Shown here: piece by piece, positions 25,886-35,900 of the stretch
Position numbering within the stretch: position 1 is the stretch's first letter
Layout: every line of letters starts with the position of its first letter
Assembly (NCBI GenBank): GCA_002104905.1
Contig: MCFE01000179.1
Coordinates: 1 to 64,000, forward strand
Reading direction: 5' to 3'
Source: Basidiobolus meristosporus CBS 931.73
Lineage: Eukaryota; Fungi; Basidiobolomycota
DNA: 64,000 bases
Notes under the pieces: model-generated
What the model saw: only the letters and a program-made list of their open reading frames with translations
Databases searched by the model: none
Told to the model about the DNA's origin: nothing
Translations under genes and position numbers: made by a program

Positions 25886-28431
25886 TTACTCCGGCCTGGC
25901 GCCATATAATGTTTCTTCCAGCTTGATGTCGATGTTATCGGTATCGAACAGGTTGAACTTGTCGGCCAAAAAGTTTACAATACGGAAGTAGATTCCCTCA
26001 GTGGCATTGCGAATGTTGATGCTATGATCCGAATCGGTGAATGATTGGAAGCGATAGCGATGAACCTTGGCCATGGTCAATGTATCCACCAGATTCAAGG
26101 AGTTCTGGAAGTGAACATTGTCGTCACCTGTGCCGTGGACCAGCAGGTAGTCTGCGTGATGGAATCCAGTCATGTTTCGGATTCCGGCCTCCTCGTAGCC
26201 CTCAGGGTTGTCCTGTGGTGTGGACATGTATCGCTCGGTGTACACCGAGTCATAGAGCTTCCAGTCGGTTACTGGTGCCACGGAAATACCGGCTTTGAAG
26301 ACCTGGGTGTCAGTCTCCAGCACCTTTCCGGTCATGTACCCGCCATACGACCAGCCCCAAATGGCGACATTCTCGGGGTTGACGTAGGGGAGCTGCTTCC
26401 AGTACTTCCCGGCATTCACCTGATCAATGGCCTCATACCGGCCAAGGTGGCCGCACACTGGTGAGCGGAATTTGCGGCCCTTGAATGCAGTACCACGTCC
26501 ATCCACCTTCACGATGATTACGTTCGACCATGGCGCAGCGGTGAGGAAGTCATCAAAGCCGAGTCGGAAGTTACGCGTGACATAGTTGGAGTTTGGCCCA
26601 CCGTAGACATGGAACAGTACGTTGTACTTATGGCGAGCCGACTCCTGGAAATCCGGTGGCAGAATCTCCATCGTGTTGAGCTCCACCCCGTCTACCGTAA
26701 TCTTCTTGTAGCGACGAGTGGAGACCTTGTAGTTCGCCAACACCTTTTGCAACGCGCTATTGTCCTCCAGCACTCTCTCAAACTTGCTATCGTCAATGGA
26801 GTACAGCTTCGACCATGGGATCTGGGGTCCAAGATACTTCAAGATGTAGTATCCCTTGTTGTTCGAGAAAGCCGCACTGAATGCCCCTCCTCTGACCTTC
26901 GGGGAGAGCTGTTTCTTCCTACCTCCGAAGCTCACGCTGAACACGTGTGGTTCGGTAGAGTCGATCTCGGTGCTTGTGTAGTACACTTGGCCTCGGACGG
27001 CGTCAACCCCAAGAATGCTGTTCACCTCCCATTCGCCCCGTGTGAGGTACACTGGCTTCTCCGCCGTGACGGGGGTGTAGAGTGCTAGATGCTTGTACCC
27101 GCTGTGCTCTACGATGTCGATATAGCCCCCTTCCTGGACCCCGGTGGTGCCGTTGGCTGGAACATAGCTTACCGCCTGATGCCAGTCCAGCCATCCTTCA
27201 TCCGTGGCCGCCTCGCGTCTGGTAAGCTTGGCCATGCCCGACTGTCCGTCCACAATGAAGATCCAATGCTTGTTCTGGATCCTGTTGCTCACCCGCACAA
27301 GCAAGAGGTCATCCTTCTCCGTGAGCCACTTCACCTCCCCAATGATCATCTCCGCTGGGTCCAGGCCATCAGTGGCTGGGAACTCCACTGCCAATGGTCC
27401 ATTCTCCGCGTTCAGATGGTAGATGTGCAGCGACACTGTTGGGTTGGGGTAGCCTGCCTTCGGATATCTTATGATCACCTCGCTTGGGTAAGAGTCACTC
27501 ATATTCCCCGGGTGATACACTGGCATGCGGAACTCCGGGACGGTTGTCTCGTTCAATCGCAGGAATGCGATTGCTTGGCTTCCAGGTGACCACCATTGTG
27601 CGTAATTGCTGCTGAATACCTCCTCCTCGTACACCCAATCCGGGACTCCATTGAACACCGTGGCCGTGCCATCCTTGGTCACTCTAACTTCGCTCTTGAG
27701 GTCGGTAACATACAGGTCGTTGTCCCGAACGAAGGACAGATGGGTACTGTCGGTGCTCCAAGTGGCATAGGTAATGTCGGGTTTGCCAGAATCTGTGGTC
27801 AACGGAGTGGTCTTCTTCGTCTCGATATCATATACCCAGTACTTGGCATAGTAGGAGTGACGCCATTGCTGGGTTATTCAGGCGACAATGGAAAAAAGAT
27901 CGAGGAATTTGGTTAGCAAGCAATTCTGAACAACTGAGATCTGAAGATTCCTCGCTTTAATAGGGCGATTTCATCTCGGTATTAATTAGCGTTCCTTACC
28001 TTTATGTGGTCGGTAGCGTAGAGCACTTGTTTCTTGTTAGGCGAAAGCTCATAGTCAAAGTAATCAAGCGGCTTGCTGTCAAGGCCAAGTACATCGGCTC
28101 CCTTGACGAGGGTCTGGGAGTTATTTGATAAGAGGTTGTTGAGGATTATATCTCCGTTAGTAGAGGTGATGTAGGTTCCATCCTCTCCGTTTAGGCCCTG
28201 TGTCCAGGTAAAACTGGGGGATTTAGCGGTGAGATTTTTGTTTCCGTTGATGAAATCGCTCCAAGTAAATACTAGTTTTTTGCCTTGAGTTTGCTCTGCA
28301 TGCGAAAAAGGGAGTTAGGGTTTCTGCTCGTCCTATTCAAGCATGGACCTGGATTTTATTTGCGTACCTTGGGCTTTAGAAGAACTAACAATGGCGATGA
28401 ATATCAAGGTCAGCTTGGTAGACCAGATCAT
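25886..28431 (-). CDS. DPP4: Secreted dipeptidyl peptidase IV (S9B), copy 1, 3 exons
   Basis: Signal peptide MIWSTKLTLIFIAIVSSSKA; DWVYEEE; catalytic GWSYGG, DDNVH and DSDH. Confidence 0.95.
25977..27888 (-). repeat. Left arm of a 1,912-bp near-identical inverted repeat (partner 54485-56396)
   Basis: Reverse complement of 54485-56396 with about ten substitutions counted by eye. The two ORF-track proteins are identical for ~590 aa. Confidence 0.97.
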
Positions 28432-29249
28432 TGTAGTGTTGACTGGGTGCTGGATGAGCTGGACTTGGCATGCAGTATACCTTAAATACTCGGGAGATGG
28501 AACACGCAGCGATAGATGTGGGAAAGCATCATACAGACCATAGTTGACGTTAGGGAATATTCGCGTTACACGTCTCCGAGCCACTCAAGATTCTCCCAGG
28601 TGAATGGTTGGCTGACGAAGTAGTAACCTTATTGCATATGCGGTAGCTTTCCTACAATATCCAGCTCACAAATCGGTACAAGTCCCGGCAGGTTCGTAAA
28701 CCACCGATTTTCACAGCCATCCATGAGTAATCACTCGACGCACGCATTTGGAAAAGCAGTCATTCAATTTCTTATTCCAGATCCGAGTTTTTTGGAGCGA
28801 CTAAAACTTGGCAAACCCAGTTAGCGGTGGGCATTTTTTTTTGGAACCATCCGACATTTCATGCGTGGGCATCGGTAGGGAAACAATCACGCGATATCCT
28901 CACTCGGCTCTATTAAGATAGCAACGATAAGAGTCTCGAGATATCACCGTTGATCATGGTTGCTTGGGATAAGTCCGTGAATCACATCTGACCATACATA
29001 AGCTTAAATGTGGGAACATCAATCGGTTCGCCGCCATGATGGAATCCAACCATCGTCACACAAGATTTCACTTGACGATAACCATAATACTGGATGCGAT
29101 GGAAGTCACACGCCTCGTTCGGAAGGTGCGACCAAGGCTCCGCTCTGTTTCGGCCGTATCCCAAAATAGCTCGCGCTCCAAGAAATTTCGCATTGGACTA
29201 CTGCCCGAGTCAACCTGAATCCCCGTCCACAAAAACAAGCTTCTATATC

Positions 29250-30600
29250 AAAGCAAAAGTTCCCTTTAGATCCATATCATCCTGATCCCAATTTAACCAT
29301 CTCCAGTACGATGTTGATCCCCAGCATCACCTAGTCCGGTTATTGGGGGTCCCGCCATCCCACCATATCAGGTTGCTAGTGAACAGCCACGGGAACGAGT
29401 GGAACTCCATGCTCACCCCGCAGCGACAAGCTCCTGTGCTCGGTCAAACTGGATTGTGCCGCATTAGAAAGGGGGATAAAGTGTGATGTGGTAATTCATA
29501 ATTTAGTCCAGAAGCAGCTCTCTGGTTGCACACACCACCTGACGCTGACGATGAGAATCCGGATGTATGGACTCCAGTCATGCAGACTAATCAATTAGAT
29601 GAGAGGCAACAGTGATGGAAATGGTTACATGTAGAGTGAATATTTCCCCATTGAGGTCTAACATGCAAATGTTTAGGGCTATACCATCTGACACACGCCC
29701 TCAATAGAATCCGTTTGGTTTAGCCCGATTCACCACCTCACTGGTTGCAGGCAGTGCAGGCCGACGAGGTAACCAGAGGATGTGTTTCGTGTGTGCCTGG
29801 CAACATCAGATAGCATTGTGATGATCTAAGGAAGATGGGCATCGTCTCCAGAGCCTCGCCAAACCACACCGTGGTGGTTGACGAGGCATTCCTAAGAGAT
29901 ATAGATTCATGTGCCGTTCTGGAATAAATCATCGAAATCTAGAAATTACCACCAGTTGGTGCCATCTCAATCCAACCGAGTGATTGGAATTGTCCGAGAG
30001 GCATCTGAAACCGAGGCTGCCAAATCTGCCGACCTGTCGCAAAAAGGTTGAGCAGGCACCTAATTGTATAGGTAGCAGATTCCCACACTGGAGCAAGTAT
30101 CCTTCTCCATGATGATGCTCTTGCAGATTGTATCCGTGTTGATCAAGGATGACTCAGCAGACACTCTACTCGATCTACCATCCAAAGCCATCTAAATCCG
30201 CTTCTTAGTGGATATTCCTTCTTCTAAATGCTCAGAGGTGGGCGATTTGCTCCCTCCTGATGGTATTGACCCGCATTGCGCTGAAGTTGCAACCCACTCC
30301 ATGCCCACGCCAGGTTGAGGCATCCATAAGGGTGGACGTTGTTGTGGGGATATCATTGCTGATCTTGGTTGTGATCGGGGAGCCCTAGGGACATGACCCA
30401 TGAATTTCTGGTATCAAGTATACTTGATGAGCATCTGGGATGAGATTACTACTGCAATCAACTGCCTGGTCAGCATCTATCAACATTTGGCCACCATTGT
30501 TGTGCATCAATAATGGTACAATGTTCCTTTGTTATTGCATTGGGAAATGTTGCATTCTGGCCTGTCATAGGGCTGCCTGAGCTCCTTCTTTGTAGCAATG
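29250..30600 (-). pseudogene. Possible degenerate DIRS-like (tyrosine-recombinase retrotransposon) RNase H / methyltransferase-domain relic
   Basis: Frameshifted fragments resembling DASxxGWG, I(Q)MAL..LINTD, DLF, VNPPW and LWxP in the expected order. There are many stops. Confidence 0.35.
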
Positions 30601-31489
30601 ATGTTACTCTCTCTACCTAGGATAGTGATTGCACATCAAACATTGTCCATTTAATCTGTCTCCAAAAAAAATTCTGGTTTCCAAGCTGTTACATCTATCC
30701 ATTTGGCCACTGCCTCCAATTGCCACATTAATGCTTTTGTATGGGCTGACATCATACTTGAGAATGATGGTGGCAGTGGTGTTATTATGGAAATTTGCTG
30801 GTCTTCTATTGGAGTTGGTGTGTTTACTATGTTCGCATCTGCAGATATCCTCAAATGGCTATCTGACTGAGAGCCCAAGGATCACATGTTATTATCTTTA
30901 GAGAGCACACTGCTGGCATGGCTTTTTTGATGTAGCTCCGCTTGTTGCACTTAATGTTAAAGCAAGGTGTTATCCAACAGTTCTTCTACTGCTGTTTACT
31001 ATAGGGCTTAGGTAGAAGCCAGAGGACTTTGCATGACTTTTTGCTGGCCCAAATACTGGAGAAAGGTAAACAAAAGGGGATATACAATCACATATGCAGC
31101 TGTACATGTTGCCACTGCCTTTATAAATGGCTATCATAGAGTACTGTCATCTGATCTTACATTCTGACAGGGGATTGACTAATATGCAAGAATGCTGCAA
31201 GCTCACATGAAAATTGACAGAATGCAATATAATACACTATATTGATATATATCAGCCTATTTGCCTCATGAGCAACATTACTTCAAGTCAGCATTGCAAG
31301 TGAAGAGAAAATAGACCATGAACATATTCTATCAGACCTCTCAGTAATCAGGCAAATAAACCACTCACAAAGGCCTACAAAGATCTTGGCCAATATTTAG
31401 TTACACAAGCCCTACTTGTATACTGATCAATTACTACAGTATTGGCATCCTATGGAAAATATCATACCTGGAATTCATCTGATAATCAG

Positions 31490-31770
31490 CAGTATTTGAC
31501 TAGTGGTCCACTGGTATTTTGCTGGTACTCAAATGATGCCTTTCCATCAAAGTTTCAGTTGCAGTTTTTGGGGGAAATTGTGAACAACTGATTGCCAGAT
31601 TTTGTACAAATGCTAGTTGGCCCAGTCTCTAAGTAGAAGATGTAGTTGCTTGTCTACCAAGTGGCTAGTACCTGAGATATCAAGAGTTGTCAATTTTGAG
31701 AAACTTGAAATTCAGCTAATATTACAAAACACTCTGCTAGCCATTTTTTATTTTTCTCTTTGGGATATAA
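31490..31770 (-). repeat. ~280-bp unclassified dispersed repeat, copy 1 (other copies 33160-33430 + and 35000-35280 +)
   Basis: Shared blocks ttccaagtttctcaaaa, actgggccaactggca and gaataccagca in all three copies. Confidence 0.7.
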
Positions 31771-31921
31771 TCTTACTGGCCATCATATACTGCACTTACA
31801 GCACCCTGCTGCACTTGCCAGCTAGCATAATCAAATATTGGAGAGTATGGGATGCCTTCTAGCTCACCTCAACCTTGGCAACATAGCCCATACACTGATA
31901 GCACTGAAAAATCCCCACAAA

Positions 31922-32269
31922 TAGCTGCAATAGTTTGGACAATATTGGAAGTGATCAAGAGTTCAAGTAGATTATATGACTTTCACTTAATGACTCATTG
32001 AATGTGAAAGTAATATATATACTTTCACATGATCTTGTCCAAAAAAGTGTGTAGAATATGCTCAGGAAGGTCTCAATAGCATGTTTGCAAAGTTTGGAGC
32101 TTTTTGGACAACTTCAAGAACTTTCATGGTCTGGGTGCCTGATGTTTTGGTCAAATTATATGACGTAAGTTCCAACAGAGAACTTGGTCAGAATTTGTCA
32201 AGACTTGTAGGTGATAATCTAAGCAACTAAGTTAGGTGAATATTTAGGCATATACCAATATTCTCAACA
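31922..32269 (-). repeat. Old solo LTR of the resident copia family
   Basis: Diverged match to the 42038-42386 LTR, ending ...ctcaaca. Confidence 0.75.
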
Positions 32270-32306
32270 CCAATGGGCTGCAAGTCTTTCTCCTTTCAAA
32301 TCTATT

Positions 32307-32654
32307 TGTTGTAAATATTCTTAATTCCACCCAAACAATCACCTAACTTGATCATTTAGATCATTACCTACAAATCTTATAAAATGCTGACCAAATTCCT
32401 TGTTGGTATTTACTTAGAATATGTTTACCAAAATATCAGGTACCCAGAACATGAGAATTCTCAAAGTTGTCCAAACAGCCCCAAACTTTGCACACATGCT
32501 CTTGAGAACTTTTTAAACCTACTCTACAGGCTTGACATGTCAGTATCATGTACAAGTATAAATATTACTTTTACATTCAACAGATCATCAAGTGAAAACC
32601 ACATAATCTGTTTATTCTCCCATTCACCTCCAATATCTCCAAAGCTCCTACAAG
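32307..32654 (+). repeat. Solo LTR of the resident copia family
   Basis: Starts TGTTG; contains the core ggtacccagaacatgagaattctcaaagttgtccaaacagcc and TATA agtataaat. Confidence 0.9.
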
Positions 32655-33159
32655 ACTGTCAACTGTTCTGTTTATGGAAAATACTATGGCCATGTGTTTG
32701 GAACTAATCTAAAAAGGGAATCCAGATCCTGTGTACCAGCTGTGATAGTACCAGTAAGCTCAAATCTTTGCCCCTTTTAAACACTTTATAGCAGAATCCT
32801 GACTGTGTTTTGGTGTCTGGACAGCCAAATATGGTAAGAAAATTAAGCTGGTTAGATGACCTTATTGCAGACTTCAATTGATACTCTAGTAGTACTATAA
32901 CCACCTTCATTATTTTGACAGGGTCAAATTAGCCAATACTTATAGTTGCTTTATTTGGCAAGAATCTTGATAGTGTAAGGTAGGCTTAAAGTATACCACT
33001 GATGGCATTGTGATGGATATATGGTAGGCAATTGCTGCTGCTAAATAACACAACCATACATATTTACCCAGTGTTAATGGACATTTCTTCTGCCTTTTAG
33101 CTACCAGCAAATCTAACTGTGATATCATGCATCTTAATTCTTTTACCCACAGTTACTCC

Positions 33160-33430
33160 CTAAGAGAAAAAGCTTAGAAAAGGCTGGTAAATACTGTCAT
33201 AATATCTGCCTAATTCCAACTTTCCCAAAACTTACAACAGTCATTATCCCAGGCACTACCCTCACAGTAGACAAGCTGATATCCTTTACACAGGGAGACT
33301 AGGCCAACTGGCACAACTAAAAAGTTTGGTAATCAGATTCTCATTACTACAATCAAACACTGCTACTGGAAATTTGGAGCAGAAGCACTAGCAGAATACC
33401 AGCAAAATAACATCAAAATATCAGCTCAAT
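33160..33430 (+). repeat. ~280-bp unclassified dispersed repeat, copy 2
   Basis: Aligns by eye with 35000-35280 and with the reverse complement of 31490-31770. Confidence 0.65.
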
Positions 33431-33599
33431 ACTGGCTAAATATTTAATGGGTTCCAACCATGATGTCATTCATATGATACTATAGAAATTCTACTCAGCA
33501 CCTGAATTAAAATGTCCTTGCCACCTGCTTATTGACCTCAACATATATGCACACCTAAAGAAACTTATACACTGATATCATTGCACCTTTACAGTATCT

Positions 33600-33860
33600 C
33601 AGAGCAATGGTTGCAAGGTAGGTATATATCTAGTATAGCTGGTAACATGTAAATATTGAAAGCATATGTTTGATAGCCACCACATTGGTCATTAATACAT
33701 CCTTAATATCCACAGACTACCTCTCAGTATCTGTCCAGTTCACTCCTTCTAATTGCAGAATTCTAGTCCTTTTTGTAGATGTTGGCCTGTTGTTTTGGAT
33801 ACATGTCACATTGAAAGGTCTTGAAGTTGGCTTCTGCCTAGAAGATACCTATTGGTCTTT
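33600..33860 (-). mobile_element. Short CACTA-family relic fragment
   Basis: Matches 61670-61870 (aacat...gcatatg..t..gccaccac; gaagttggctt). Confidence 0.45.
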
Positions 33861-34308
33861 GATTAAGCAGTTCTAATAGCAATGAATTGAGTGTTGCATC
33901 TAACCTGGCCTTCTCTAACATAATATAGTGCCCATGTGCCATACAAGGTAAAAATTAACAAGGAATGGCAAAGATTATCATAACATCAGCTGGGTACCAG
34001 GGTTCTCAAAACTGGTGAAGCTGAATACATCAGTTACTAGACGTGAGTCAGAGAGGTAGACAGGCATTACTTGAGGAGACTAGGATAATTAGGATTTATA
34101 CCAATCAGTGTAATCAGTTGAACATTACTTTCACCAAAAATTGCAAGTGAAGTATTATAGAAAAGTGCAAGTTAATATGGGGTTAAAATCCAATGGACTC
34201 TCAGGATTGTAAGACTGCAAGGCTTCTTGATGCCAGTGATATAGGTGTCTTCTGCTGTAAAAGGTCTGTTAATATAGAAGTGATTAGGAGAACCAATATA
34301 TATATAAT

Positions 34309-34656
34309 TGTTGTAAAATTTGTAATTCCACCTAAATACTCACCTAACTTAGTCACTTAGATCATTACCTTCTAATCCTAGAGAATACTGGCCAAGTTCT
34401 TTGTTGGGACTTACTTGAACTATTTTCACCAAAGTACCAGGTACCCAGAACATGAAAATTCTCAAAGCTGTCCAAACAGCCTCAAACATTGCACACATGT
34501 TCTTAGGACCTTCATAAACCTATTCTTTGTATTTGTTATGCCAAGACCATGTAAAAGTATAAATACTACTTTTACATTCAATAAATCATTAAGTAAGAAT
34601 CACACAATCTACTTGTACTCCCAATCACTTTCAATATCTCCAAGACTCTTACAACA
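34309..34656 (+). repeat. Solo LTR of the resident copia family
   Basis: TGTTG...ACAACA ends, 348 bp, high similarity to 42038-42386. Confidence 0.93.
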
Positions 34657-34669
34657 AGTATGGCTATCA

Positions 34670-34953
34670 TCTAATGATTTATTGAACAGAAAGGTAGTAT
34701 TTTACTTCTGCATGGTCTTGGCAGCACAAACAGATAAAATATGATACTGCAGGTCCCAAGAATATGTGTGCAAAGCTTGAGGCTGCTTGGACAGGTTTGA
34801 GAAACTTCTTGCTCAGGGTCCCTGATGTTTTGATGAGATTATTTGAAATAAATCCTGACCTGGAGCTTGGTAGGAGCTTTCTGAAATTTACAGGTGATTA
34901 TCTAAGTGACTAGGTTAGGGGAGCATTTAGGAGTAATTACAAAGTTTGTTCTC
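34670..34953 (-). repeat. Partial old LTR abutting the 34309 LTR in opposite orientation
   Basis: Diverged match to the LTR core (ggtcccaagaatatgtgtgcaaag...atctaagtgactaggttagg). Confidence 0.7.
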
Positions 34954-34999
34954 ATTGTGTAGCTGCTGGTCCATAGTCCTCTACTTGGTGCTTCTTAAC

Positions 35000-35280
35000 A
35001 GTAAGAGAAAAAATAGCAAAAGGCCAGGATAATACAAGCATAATGTCAGCAGAATTCCAAGTTTCTCAAAACTGACAGTTCTCAAAATGTCATATACTAG
35101 CCGTTGAGCAGTCAGACAAACATATTCTACAGGAGGAAACTGGGCCAACTGGCATTTATGACAAACTTGATAATTGACAGGCTGCCACTGCCATCAAAAA
35201 TTACAATTGAAAATATGAACAAAAAACACAAGCAAAACACTGCTAGAATACCAGCAGAAAACCAGCTGAATATCAGATGA
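35000..35280 (+). repeat. ~280-bp unclassified dispersed repeat, copy 3
   Basis: Shares the same blocks as copies 1 and 2. Confidence 0.65.
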
Positions 35281-35479
35281 AACTCAAGCTTGAGACTTTT
35301 CTTTGGGCAAGTATATCTTGAATACATTTGAACTGGCTTAGGGTGAAAGTCTGTGTACTTCTGTCTATGGCAAACTTCATCCCTAGACAGTAGCTGAGCT
35401 GCCTAGATTGAACATTTAAACTTGTTAGATAGGCTAGATTCAGCCCTATGAAAATTATTTTCCTGATGACCTTAATAAA

Positions 35480-35895
35480 ACCTAGATTAACTTAAATGGA
35501 CCTAACCAGCTGATATATTCAGATGCCTTATATAAGAAGATATTAAAAGTGTTTTGATGTCCTTAATTTAGACCTCTGTGGGCATCATAACTGCAGTATA
35601 GCAGCTTACAGCTAGTTTGGTATAAGGCTACCATACAAGTATGCAAATGATGTTTTGTTTTTTACCTCCCATCTCCCCATTCTTGCATTCACTATAGATT
35701 CATCCCTCTTTATTTGCTTGCCCACTATTACTATGGATATTTCATATATAGCCTGAATAAAAAAACTATGGCCACCTGCTGCAATTGACACACTTCCATC
35801 ACCTCAATTTACAGCTTTTCAGTGTGACTCTTGCAAAGTCACCATATGCCTTGTATTACTGGTAGCACATACATGGTGCAAACATATGCTTGGTT
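35480..35895 (-). mobile_element. CACTA-family relic, 3' part (continues at 42387-43096 after nested copia insertions)
   Basis: Colinear with 61260-61700. Confidence 0.7.
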
Positions 35896-35900
35896 GTAGC

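Noticed and set aside
26041-27916. Long antisense ORFs over DPP4, prolidase and the aspartic protease
   Set aside because: Shadow frames of codon-biased genes.
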